Assembly: GCA_950097015.1 (NCBI GenBank)
Contig: CATNEN010000003.1
Span: 8,246,001 to 8,310,000 of the forward strand
Source of the DNA: Macrostomum hystrix
Lineage: Eukaryota > Animalia > Platyhelminthes
Direction: 5' to 3'
DNA: 64,000 bases
Shown here one piece after another: positions 26,795 to 38,200 of the stretch (the first letter of the stretch is position 1; every line of letters begins with the position of its first letter). The translations under genes and the position numbers were made by a program. The notes beneath the pieces were generated by a model. It had not been told where the DNA came from. It was given only the letters and a program-made list of their open reading frames with translations, and did no database searches.

Positions 26795-27540
26795 ATGCGT
26801 TTCACAGAGCTCAGTACAATCTACGCTCTGCTGTTCAGCGTGACGGAAGTGCAGACAGCTCAGTCAAGCGTCTTTCAAGCAGTTGACGGATTTCTGTGCT
26901 TTCGAGATGATTTTACTGAGACTCTGGAAAGTGCAGACTCCGTCAGGCACTGCGCCAAATTGTGCAGCAGGGAGCAGCGCTGCCAGGCCTTCACCATGGC
27001 TGATGGTCCGTGTCAGCTGTTCGTGTTCGACAAGTGCAGCAAGTCGGTGAGGGACTGCAGCTGCTCCAGGAGAGGCCAGGTGTTTGTGAAGCAGCAGCCG
27101 GGACTCGAGGCTGGCGAGCTGTGTCCGACTGGCTACGGAGACGACCTGTGCGGAGTGAAGTACAAGCTGCTCGCTGGCACTGACTTCTGGTGGCCGAGCA
27201 GGCACAAGTGCGAGTCGGAGAGCGGTCTGGTGATCATGGCCGATGTGGTCGACAACACGGAGATGAGCCACGTCGATCTGATCTACAGCAAGTACAGTGC
27301 GGGCGTCACAATGTGGCTCGGAGGCTTCCAGCTAGCGGGCAGTGTGGAGAAGAGAAGCGGCTGGTACTGGGTTGGCTGCAACATCAGCGTCGATGACGGA
27401 ACGCCCTTGAGCCAGATAATAATGGATCCCTTGGCGAGAACGTGATTGGACGCTACCAGTACCGAAACAAACTCGCGGACTTCTGGCAGTCGGCGGCTCC
27501 CTACCGAGTGCTTTGCGACTGTGTCTCGCCTTTCGACTAA
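26795..27540 (+). pseudogene. Secreted PAN/apple + C-type lectin paralogue 1, frameshifted by a 7-bp deletion at 27397/27398
   Basis: Signal peptide MRFTELSTIYALLFSV, PAN-type Cys pattern, CTLD WLG/WYWV. Lacks AGCCTGT relative to paralogue 2. The shifted frame continues WNALEPDNN...LCDCVSPFD* to 27540, followed by AATAAA. Confidence 0.8.
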
Positions 27541-28029
27541 GCTTTTTAATTAAATAAATCGAGATCATAGCTTATAGGCCTACTTATCATTTTTTTCGAT
27601 TGAATTTTGTTCTGATTAGCAATCTTCAAGCCCTTCTTTCAATGTGTCATTAATTGACAATCATTGTTGATGTTTTGATAATTTTTTTTATCTTAAAGAA
27701 AAAAATACTTTTTTTACTTTTTCGTGCTTAAGCCCGTGTTTTACCTGCTAATTGATTGATTTGATTGACAGTCTTGACAGAAAATAATTAAATATCTCCT
27801 GTTTAAAACCTTGACAAAACTAAAGCAATTTTCAGCTACTCCCTACCCCACTTTCAATCAAGGGAATTGTCTGTCTTTCTGGTTAAACAGACGTAACTGA
27901 TGATACTTGTGGCGTAATAAAAAACAACTTTTATTATAGCCTTTGCAAGACTACTTGTCAACTACTTCTCAAAGTCACTGAGAGTGAATTTAGTGGATTC
28001 GTGTCGCTATTGTATCAACGAAGATCATT

Positions 28030-28228
28030 GTTGACAAGGGCGTTGTTCAGTCCATGGACTGGAGCAGCCACCCCACCAACCCAAATTTCTACGCGACCTA
28101 ATGCTGGTACCGATTTTACCACTTAGTGAACGAAAGCGCAAATGAATTAGGTGTTTTTCTCGATAGCATATTTTTCCCACGGGCTGAGAGATTCGAACTC
28201 ATGACCACTCGGTCCATGCTCTACTAGT
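28030..28228 (-). mobile_element. SINE family B (CORE-like), diverged copy
   Basis: B-box GAGTTCGAATCTC on the minus strand. Shares GGTACCAGCATTAG and CCAGTCCATGGACTGAACA with 28551-28837. Confidence 0.7.
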
Positions 28229-28550
28229 AGTTACTCGGCAACAAGCTGGCAAGCTTGAAGTTGAAATCAGGCCTGTTAAACTCTAGCGATAACATCATAT
28301 TTTAATAATTACCTACCTGTATTTCAACACATATTTATACATATAAATTTTATGCTGAATTGGATGGACAGGTGTTGAAATTGCTGCTGCAAGGCGAAAT
28401 TTCTTGCTCACTGGATCCGCGAAGCCTTCAGCTAGAGCTCACTCATCTCTGTGTCTCTCTTTGCGTCTGCCAATATTTCTTAACAAAACACATGATCTAC
28501 TTATTTTCAGCTCTATTTTAGCTAGTAAAATTGGTTCGAAAAGGGTTTTT

Positions 28551-28837
28551 TAGCCTAGTGGTTAGAGCGTCGGTCTAACGACGGTCGGGGATTCGATTCC
28601 TTACTCCACTGGAACAATTTGTGTCCTTTAGCAAGACAATTAACTCTGCATTGCTTCAGTCCACCCAGCTGTTAAATGGGTACCAGCATTAGCCAGGATA
28701 ATTGAAGGTGGGTGTGGCTTCTCCCCAGTCCATGGACTGAACAGCTGTACGCAGCCTTCAGATGCGCCACGCAATTGCTGGGGCTATGTTGTCGGCTGCA
28801 CATCTGGCCCGATTGGGGCGGGTGTGCAGTTAAAAAA
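28551..28837 (+). mobile_element. SINE family B: tRNA head plus CORE-like domain
   Basis: A-box TAGCCTAGTGGTTAGAGC, B-box GATTCGATTCC, then TGTGTCCTTTAGCAAGACAATTAACTCT...CAGTCCACCCAGCTGTTAAATGGG, which resembles the MIR/CORE domain. A-rich end. Confidence 0.75.
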
Positions 28838-29074
28838 TTAGGGCAGGTGAAATCAATAATAATAATAATTATTAATTAGCTCGAAAATTATGTTACACGG
28901 GTTGTGCGATAGATGACTTAGGACTACTTTCGGAAAGCTATAAGGATGATGAAAAATGAGGATCTATTGAAGAGACTATCAGGAAAAAAACTACATGTAG
29001 AATGTTTACTTTGACTTATTTATCGTGGGGCGCAATTTATAGCTTCGTGAAACAATTTCAGGCCAATGCGTGTG

Positions 29075-29824
29075 TCAGATGAATGGCGACACACATTCGC
29101 ACAGGACATTGGACTTTGTCACCGACTCCCAGAAGTCTGCGAGTTTGTTTCGGTACTGGTAGCGACCGATGACATTCTCTCTAGGATAGACATCATCTGG
29201 CTCGACCGGGTTCCACAGGCTGTCATCGACGCTGATGTTGCAGCCAACCCAGTACCAGCCGCCTCTCGGCTCCGGACTGCCCGCTGGCTGGAAGCCGCCG
29301 AGCCACATTGTGACGCCCGCACTGTACTTGCTGTAGATCAGATCGACGTGGCTTATCTCCGTGTTGTCGACCACATCGGCCATGATCACCAGACCGCTCT
29401 CCGACTCGCACTTGTGCCTGCTCGGCCACCAGTAGTCAGTGCCAGCGAGCAGCTTGTACTTCACTCCGCACAGGTCGTCTCCGTAGCCAGTCGGACACAG
29501 CTGGCCAGCCTCGAGTCCCGGCTGCTGCTTCACAAACACCTGGCCTCTCCTGGAGCAGCTGCAGTCCCTCACCGACTTGCTGCACTTGTCGAACACGAAC
29601 AGCTGACACGGACCATCAGTCATGGTGAAGGCCTGACAACGCTGATTGCGACCGCACAGAAAGCTGCATTCAAAAGCAGACACAATCAGAGAGCGGCTTT
29701 GTGTGAACTCTCGTTTGATGCAGAGAAGGCCCTCAGTGAGGACAAATCTTATCTTTGAGTCGCAGTGCAGTCCGCCTCTGAGCAGCATTGACAAATTTAG
29801 TATGAGCAGTAGAGCTCGTCTCAT
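29075..29824 (-). CDS. Secreted PAN/apple + C-type lectin paralogue 2 (intact, 249 aa, intronless)
   Basis: Signal peptide MRRALLLILNLSMLL. PAN pattern C-x3-C-x5-CQAF-x6-CQL. CTLD CPTGY, WLGG, WYWV, WxxxEPD, LCE. Confidence 0.88.
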   Translation of the reverse strand: MRRALLLILNLSMLLRGGLHCDSKIRFVLTEGLLCIKREFTQSRSLIVSAFECSFLCGRNQRCQAFTMTDGPCQLFVFDKCSKSVRDCSCSRRGQVFVKQQPGLEAGQLCPTGYGDDLCGVKYKLLAGTDYWWPSRHKCESESGLVIMADVVDNTEISHVDLIYSKYSAGVTMWLGGFQPAGSPEPRGGWYWVGCNISVDDSLWNPVEPDDVYPRENVIGRYQYRNKLADFWESVTKSNVLCECVSPFI

Positions 29825-30614
29825 ATTGCTTTTTGGTTTGAAATCGATAGCGGTAAATAGAATTTTTTCGCTGTTAGTTATAAATTATAAGCGTACCCTT
29901 CAGTCTGAAATCTGATGTCTATCGATTTTTTGGCATGGCTTTTTAATATTTTTTAAATTTAATCTTTTCTTATCCAAGCCATTGTTAAACAGCAGCCGAG
30001 AAGCATTCAATTATTTCAGCGACTCGCATAGATAGACAGCATTTGAGAGGAGGCTGCAAGGTTGGTTGCCATGTCACCGAATGCCGATGCTATGTTGACG
30101 CATTTTGGTTAGCATTTTCTACGTCGGGACTTTATCTAAACTTTAATCAAGTTTGCCGATTATTCGGCAGACAGGCTTTAAGCTTTTTAATTTTGCTAAT
30201 TTAATTATCGCATCTCAGTAATTAATGTAGCTGATCGTAACTCATTTTAGTGAAGTGCATGCAAAATATGAAGTGTTTAAGGACAATTACGAGCGTATTT
30301 ATCTGAACAGCTTTACTGCCAGAGACTCAGAGGCCCTACTAATAATCGATTTGATGCCTTGGAACACTTACCACATACTTGATTATCTTACGGCGATATC
30401 AAATCGGCGACGTCATGCGAAAAAGATGAGCTATGCGAATCTCATCCTCAGCTCATTTTTGATTGGCAGGCAGCTAAATCACAAAGTTACAGCTTACGGC
30501 GTTGTCACGAAGTCATAAACCAATGAGTCCATAGCACTGAGTCGGCCCATATCAACAACACCTAAAGAGTTTTTTTGAGACAGAGAACAATACACAGCTG
30601 TAACGATACTGAAA

Positions 30615-31380
30615 ATGTTCTCTAAATTCTCGTTCCCTAGGACAATTCTTTTTCTTTCGTTTCTCAGTATCAAAACTTCTTGTGGCGTGACCGACGTATT
30701 CAACATGATCGAAGGATTCTTGTGCATGAGGAGTGAATTCATCGAGAAGCAGGCGAACGTGAGCACTAGCACCAGCTGCGCCATGCACTGCAACGACAAG
30801 CAGCGCTGCCAGGCCTTCACCATGGCTGACGGTCCGTGTCAGCTGTTCGTGTTCGACAAGTGCAGCAAGTCGGTGAGGGACTGCAGCTGCTCCAGGAGAG
30901 GCCAGGTGTTTGTGAAGCAGCAGCCGGGACTCGAGGCTGGCCAGCTGTGTCCGACTGGCTACGGAGACGACCTATGCGGAGTGAAGTACAAGATTTTCCC
31001 AGTACCTACTGCACCGTACATGACCTGGTATCAGGGCAGAGAAAAGTGTGACAACGAGAGCGGCCTGGTGATCATGGCCGACGTTACTGACGTTGTCGAG
31101 AATCTGTACATGAACACGCTCTACAGCAAGTTCGCCATTGGCTACTTCTTCCTCGGAGGCTTTCAAACTCCCGGCAGCGTGGAGCCCTATGGCGGCTACT
31201 ACTGGGTCGGCTGCAACATCACCGTCAATTCCAACCTTCTGGTCGACATCCGACGCTCCGAACTATTTAAACCACGAGTCCACAGTTGGCAAGCTGAATG
31301 CCCCAGGGATAGCGGATTTTATGTATGTCGACGACCACATGAGAGGCGCTCTGTGTGAGTGCCTGTCACCGTTTGATTAA
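30615..31380 (+). pseudogene. Secreted PAN/apple + C-type lectin paralogue 3, 1-nt frameshift near 31231-31240
   Basis: Homologous to paralogue 2 up to GCNITVNSN. The homologous C-terminus FWSTSDAPN...ADF...LCECLSPFD* lies in the +1 frame ending at 31380. Could be an assembly error. Confidence 0.78.
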
Positions 31381-31858
31381 CGGCGATTAATGAAAATCTA
31401 CAAGAAATCTGCAACCCAGAGTTGAGACATACTCTATCGTCGTTTAGACTCGCAAACCAAAAATTACCTTGCAAAAACAAATCGCGAATGTAACGTAAAG
31501 TCTTGTTTAGTACTAATTGGTCTGAGTTGGGCCTCATGTTCTGAGCTCGAAGGCCATATTCATTTTGGGTGCAGCAGCGGAGAAAAAGTATGGAGATTGT
31601 CTTGTCGTACGATTTACGCTGATGAAGCCCACTGTAAAATTGTACTCGTACAACTGCTACATCGGTATCTATAGCCCCTTACTATCTCATAGCTTAGACT
31701 ACAAGCTTAGACTACAAAAAATAAGAAACAAAACTTGCCGAATAAACTGTTTTATAATAATATAATTTTAGCGTTTTCGGCTGACAATAAAACTTTATTT
31801 GAAATGACGTAAATGGCAAAGCAGAGAATGAATCGTGCGGAAATGCAGCTGTTCAAGG

Positions 31859-33148
31859 CTAGTCAACATTCTCATCTTCCTCGCAGTCCAGACGCCAGCC
31901 CCACAGCCGACCAGCAAGCTCGTTGAGCTCGTCCAACCGCGGCATCAGCTCATTCCGGCAGTTATCATCCTCTTGAACCGCACCAGCGCAATTCTGCCAC
32001 AGGTCAATCAGCAGTGGCCGAAGTCCACCGGGTGGCAACTCGGCCTCAGTGCTAGCCAACGCCGACAATTGCGGTTGAAGACAGCGCAGAAAGTTTACAA
32101 ACAAACGACGCTTCGACGCCACCGCGTCTCGGACGCGGCACAGATGGCCCAGAAGGCCCAGCCAGCGATCCAGGCTGGCTGAGCAGTGCAGAGTCACAGC
32201 CAGGACGAATGCCAGCTGTAGCTCCGCTAATAGGAGATTCTCGGCTAATTCACCTTGAGTATCAAGCCCACTAGCACCGACAACATCCGTTTGATTTCCG
32301 CTAGCCTGAGCTCTACCAGCGTGACGCAGCATGTCGCCAAGGGCCCAGCTGCGATCCAGTCGGTAGCGGTTGATGTCCTGCGGCGGACAGTCAGCCGGAT
32401 GTCCGGGCGGTAGGGGCGTCGCGAACGGGCAGTCGCCAGCGCTGTCAATTTCGCGGCCAGCTAACCAGGCGAGTTGATCGTGCAGTTCGGATGCGTGGCT
32501 TGTGAGATCACGCCAGCTAGGTGCGGAAATGAAATAACTGAATTGCTGCACAATCGACACTTACTTCTCAAACTGAACTGATGTGAAGGAATGAGCTTCT
32601 TCGAAAATTATGGATGTCTTTGAAGATTTAGTCGATGGTAAACTAAGGGATTTTAATTAGAGCTGACGATCATTGCGAAGGTAATGAATCATTGTGAAAC
32701 TGATGGATCATTGTGAAACTGATGGATCATTGTGAAACTGATGGCTCATTGTCAAATTTTCGATTTTGGGAATCCATTTTAAACGGTGTAAAAGGCTCTA
32801 TACAGAAAGAATATTTTTTTCACACCTTTTCAGTGTATCTCTAGGGTAGGGAGCGCACAGAGGTTCAAGAACTGCCGGGTAATCGTCAGTTGATTCATCC
32901 GATGCAACCAGACGCTCGTCTGCCTGGCACCAGCGGTATCGTAGCAGTGAGCGATCGTTCTTGACCCAGAAAAGGCGGCCAGACTGAAGCCCGGCCGGCC
33001 CCGCCGAAGCGTGCAACAGGTGCATGCCGGCTGGAACTCCGCGCACACCTGCGAATGCCGGTCCGCAGGTCCAGGTGTACCAGTCGATGCCCAGCTCGGC
33101 GCCAGTTGGCAGGCCTGAGATCAGTATGATCGAGAGGCCGTCAGGCAT
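31859..33148 (-). CDS. AAR2: AAR2 homologue (U5 snRNP assembly factor), 2 exons: 33148-32826 and 32516-31859, 326 aa
   Basis: Motifs GIDWYTWTCGPAFAGVRGVPAGMHLLH, PYP, LDRSWAL, LLAELQLAFV. The phase-2 splice AG|GTGTGA...CCTAG|C gives LKSWRDLT. AATAAA near 31794. Confidence 0.9.
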
Positions 33149-33213
33149 GACGGGATGACGAGCTGAAGTTGTTGTTTAATAATACAGTAATAATAAAGCG
33201 ATAAACTTAAGTT

Positions 33214-33552
33214 TATAATAATAATACTAATTGCAGGAAGGCTGCCCACAATAGCACATCACTTGGTGACACTAGACCCGCAGCCAGTGAAGAGGCAATT
33301 CTGCCCATTTCGCTGACTCCTGAGCACACATGCACAGATACCGTACGCAAGCACACGCACAGTCTCATCGTCAGGCAGTGTACACTCTCACTGTTCCTTG
33401 GAGGTTGGCCCTCAAGGGCGTAAATTGCACGACAAGCCCCCAAGCCTTCTCTCCGCGGCTGCGGCCCCAAATGAATTTAGCGTCGCCGAGGAATCGATCT
33501 CATGGACATTATTGCGAGAAGCAAATTCGTCAACCGCTCTGCTACTGAGCCC
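33214..33552 (-). mobile_element. SINE family A, copy 4, ending about 65 bp upstream of the AAR2 ATG
   Basis: Colinear similarity to the other copies, (ATT)n tail. Confidence 0.9.
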
Positions 33553-33639
33553 CTTAAAATTAAGATTCCTGTTAGTTAATTAACTAGCAATTAATTCCCC
33601 TTAATCCTATAGCCTTGAGTTCCGCCATAACATTTGCAC

Positions 33640-33890
33640 CAAAGTCCTGAGCTCGATTCCGCGCGACGACGTGTTAATAGCCTCATTTAGCCGCGGAGAT
33701 TCCCAGATTCCCAGTCGTGCAGATTTCCACCCACAAGAGCCAAACCACTAATGAGAAAGTCAAGGGCAGATGTACACACCTGTGCGGATGAGAGCCTTGT
33801 GTAACTATCCGTGTGAGTGTGTACAAAGCAGAACTTGCTCACAGCTGGAAGAGGGTCGACTGTCGCCACATGTGGATGATACTACTACTA
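33640..33890 (+). mobile_element. Diverged SINE family A-related copy
   Basis: GAGCTCGATTCCGCG head and ATGAGAAAGTCAAGGGCAGATGTACACACCTGTG shared with family A. (ACT)n tail. Confidence 0.65.
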
Positions 33891-34164
33891 CCAGTGATAA
33901 AATCAGTGTAATAGCAAACAATGTCTATGTCTGTAAATGTTCCCACAGAGCAGGCAAAGAAAGATAAGATTACTTAGGCCAGGACAGGGGGGAGAGAGAG
34001 GCACTGTTAAGGACGAAATGCAGCAAAAAAGAAAAACTTTTTTGAACGCAGAGAACGTTGATCAGAGGCTAATTGTGAATCAACCCAGGATCAACTCACG
34101 CTTTTGGCGACAGATGGCGCATGTGTAGTAATTTAAACAGCCAAATAGTGCTCAAGGCATGGCC

Positions 34165-34237
34165 GCCTCTGTAGCTCAGTGGCTAGAGCACTGGTCTCGT
34201 AAACCAGGGGTCGGGAGTTCGATCCTCCCCAGGGGCT
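34165..34237 (+). tRNA. tRNA-Thr(CGT)
   Basis: Acceptor GCCTCTG/CAGGGGC, anticodon arm CTGGT-CTCGTAA-ACCAG, T arm GGGAG-TTCGATC-CTCCC. 73 nt, followed by a T run (Pol III terminator) from 34244. Confidence 0.95.
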
Positions 34238-35137
34238 AACATATTTTTTTTAAGAATCAATATTCTTAACGAAATATACTTTAAGATACTTAACAGCACT
34301 ACATATAAATATAATGTAGGCCCTACAAATAACTTGTCTTTGAAAGACAGAATAAAATGAAATGAATTCCTCTTCTAAATGTGATATTTGTATATACAAA
34401 TCCTGAATCAGTATATAAGACGTCTCATTGCTACTTACTCACAATACAACAACAGTGATACAAAGTCACATATCCGAAGCAAAATTTATCTTGGTTATAT
34501 ATCTGTGAAGTGACTCGAATAATAAAATAATAAGCATACTCGTTATATCTACTATCCTAACAAAAAAATGGAAACGGTTATGTTTTTAAAACAATTTTTT
34601 CGATACATATAGGATTTTTAAATAAGTAAACAAAATTAAAACCGGTGATTAGTTTAAAAACACAAAATATATTTTATCTAAACAAAAAAACGTCAACTCA
34701 GGAGTTTATTTTAGTAGTCAATAAAACAAAAGACAAAAATAAAGATTCAAATAGAGTATCATGCTACTTACAGAGACAATAGCAAGCTAGTATTAAATAG
34801 GCGAAAAAAGAGATTAAATGAAAAAAAACAAAAGGACGGCAAACTAAAGCATTAGTGCCTTGAAAAAGAATGTCTTTCAGCTTGTTTCACATCTGACCTG
34901 ACTAGAACAAGTTGCCTTCTAGCAAAAAGCTATAGCAAAAAAAGAAAAAAGAAAAAAGAATCACAAAGAGAGACAAATCACAGGGCAAAGACTGCTTTTT
35001 GTTATTTACTCATTCACATTCAGAAACTTTCATAATTACTCAATCAGAAAGAGCAACAATTAAACTAAGTAGTAGCAGTATTAGTTAAACATAATAATTA
35101 GTTTCTTTAAGAAAATATTATTATCAACTGGAAAGGA

Positions 35138-35206
35138 TCAGAAGAAACCGGTTGGTCGCTGAGACACGGCCTGACCGGTGACTCCTATTTCTGGGAGGCG
35201 ACCGTG

Positions 35207-35263
<57 letters not shown>

Positions 35264-38200
35264 TCCACCGCGTCTTCTGCGCTGCCTTGTGGGCTCTTTA
35301 GAAGACGCTGCTTCGGCGGGAACTTTTGAAATGAATTGTAATATATTTAAAATGTAATAAACTATTGTTTAATGACCGATTTAGGTCGTTTAAGAGTATT
35401 TTTCAAGCGACAATAAGCCTAGATTTCCACAAAAAATTCTGGCTGCTAATATCCGCCTATTCAGCCTGTTTAATCTCAATTTATCGAATTATTAGTCGCC
35501 GGCACGTCGGGAATTAAATCGAACTCACCTTTCAGAGGCTTTAGACTTCGATTTGGATTCGACGGAATTGAGCCAGTTTCAGCGGAAGTTGCTTCGTCTG
35601 AAAATAGTCAGTATTGATTTCTTTAAAAGAAACTCTAATTCTATTTTAATTTCATTAGAATAGAAAGCTAACCTTGAACAGGCAGATGGGCCGGATTTTT
35701 ACCACGTTGAAAACGAACGCCATTTAGCTTTGATTTGTTGCTAGAAATGTTCAACGTTCGCTTTCGTAGAGCGACAGTGGCAGCCGCTGCCATCAGTGGT
35801 TCTTCTTTAATCATGCTCCTAGAGCGAGTAGTTGGTGCAGGCTGCTGCTGCTGCTGCTGCTGAAAGCCTAGACCAAGATCCACACGTACCGGTTCCAGGC
35901 TTCTATGCTTGCGTCTTCTTCTCTGCTGCTGCTGCTGCTGCTGCTGCTGATACCCATGCTGCCTGAGTCGAGACCTGTTATTATTATTATTGTTATTCCT
36001 AGATAGCCAGGTGTTGTCAGTCCAAATTGAGCGCCTATCAGACAGGAGATCATCCTCAGACAGGTAGCCGGCTAATTGGCCCCCATTGTGCCAGGCTAGA
36101 CTAGAGGCTGTGAGCTGTTGTTGCTGCTGCTGAAGTCTGGCAGCCGTGGGCGGCAGCGGTTTAGTCGATGGCGGAGAAGCTTGATTAACGCGAGCGTGAA
36201 ACAGGCGATCCAACGGCTGCTGGGGCGTTGCTAAGGTGCTTCGGTGGTGCTGCTGCTGATGCTGCGGCTGATTTTGGTGCAGAACTCGAGCCTAAACGAG
36301 CCGTTATTAATATACAAAACGCATAATCAGAATATTATAATAGTGTTTTGAAGTGATTAAGATTTCGGCAGCAATCTATCTAGCAAACATGTAAGGCAAC
36401 CTATCAGAAAAAACCTAGTTAGGCTAGATGTAAAGACAGTGGTACAGCATTACAGGTATTATACACCGTTTCTAAGTATCCTGTATCCAGTCTTACATAG
36501 TTTTTTTCTCCAAAGTTAAGACACTCGAACTCTCGACGTCTCGATTAGGATACAATCTCGCAATTAAACCCTAAAATTAGCTTAAAACGCGCATGCTACT
36601 ACTCACGTGACTCTCCAGCTGGTCCAGATCGGGCAAGCTAACTCCCATGCTGCGTTGAAACACACCGTCATCCTCGTCGGCGGGCCCTCTATCGTACAGT
36701 TCGTGCATGCGAGCCAAACTTGTTGGCAGCCTGGCGCCCATGCGAGCCAGCAGGCGCTTTTGCCGGCTAATAATAGCATGACACAACTGGCGATGCGAAC
36801 GAAATCTGGATAGTAGTAGGTCGCGCTTTCTAATCTCCATCGATTTTAAAAAAGCTTCGGCCTGCACTTCGGCGTTCTCTATTTCTAGAGCGTTCAGCTG
36901 ACTGAGCAGTTTGAGTATTTCACGTTCCTCTTCGTTTGTTAGCTTCAGCTGTGAACAGGGTAGAAGAACAGTAGGTCATACAGGTAGAAGAACAGTAGGT
37001 CATACAGGTAGAAGAACAGTAGGTCATACAGGTAGAAGAACAGTAGGTCATACAGGTGGAAGAACAGTAGGTCATACAGGTGGAAGAACAGTAGGTCAGA
37101 CAGGTAGGAGAATCGGGGGTCATGCAGGTAGGAGAATCGGGGGTCATACAGGTAAAAGAATCGGGGGTCATGCAGGTAGGAAAATCGGGGGTCATGCAGG
37201 TAGGAGAATCGGGGGTCATACAGGTAGGAGAATCGGGGGTCATGCAGGTAGGAGAATCGGGGGTCATACAGGTAGGAAAATCGGGGGTCATGCAGGTAGG
37301 AGAATCGGGGGTCATACAGGTAGGAAAATCGGGGGTCATGCAGGTAGGAGAATCGGGGGTCATGCAGGTAGGAGAATCGGGGGTCATGCAGGTAGGAGAA
37401 TCGGGGGTCATGCAGGTAGGAGAATCGGGGGTCATACAGGTAGGAGAATCGGGGGTCATACAGGTAGGAGAATCGGGGGTCATACAGGTAGGAGAATCGG
37501 GGGTCATGCAGGTAGGAGAATCGGGGGTCATGCAGGTAGGAGAATCGGGGGTCATACAGGTAGGAGAATCGGGGGTCATGCAGGTAGGAGAGTCGGGGGT
37601 CATACAGGTAGGAGAGTCGGGGGTCATGCAGGTAGGAGAATCGGGGGTCATACAGGTAGGAGAATCGGGGGTCATACAGGTAGGAGAATCGGGGGTCATA
37701 CAGGTAGGAGAATCGGGGGTCATACAGGTAGGAGAATCGGGGGTCATACAGGTAGGAGAATCGGGGGTCATACAGGTAGAAGAATCGGGGGTCATACAGG
37801 TAGGAGAGTCGGGGGTCATACAGGTAGGAGAGTCGGGGGTCATGCAGGTAGGAGAATCGGGGGTCATGCAGGTAGGAGAATCGGGGGTCATACAGGTAGG
37901 AGAATCGGGGGTCATACAGGTAGGAGAATCGGGGGTCATACAGGTAGGAGAATCGGGGGTCATACAGGTAGGAGAATCGGGGGTCATACAGGTAGGAGAA
38001 TCGGGGGTCATACAGGTAGGAGAATCGGGGGTCATACAGGTAGGAGAATCGGGGGTCATACAGGTAGGAGAATCGGGGGTCATACAGGTAGGAGAATCGG
38101 GGGTCATACAGGTAGGAGAATCGGGGGTCATACAGGTAGGAGAGTCGGGGGTCATACAGGTAGGAGAGTCGGGGGTCATGCAGGTAGGAGAATCGGGGGT

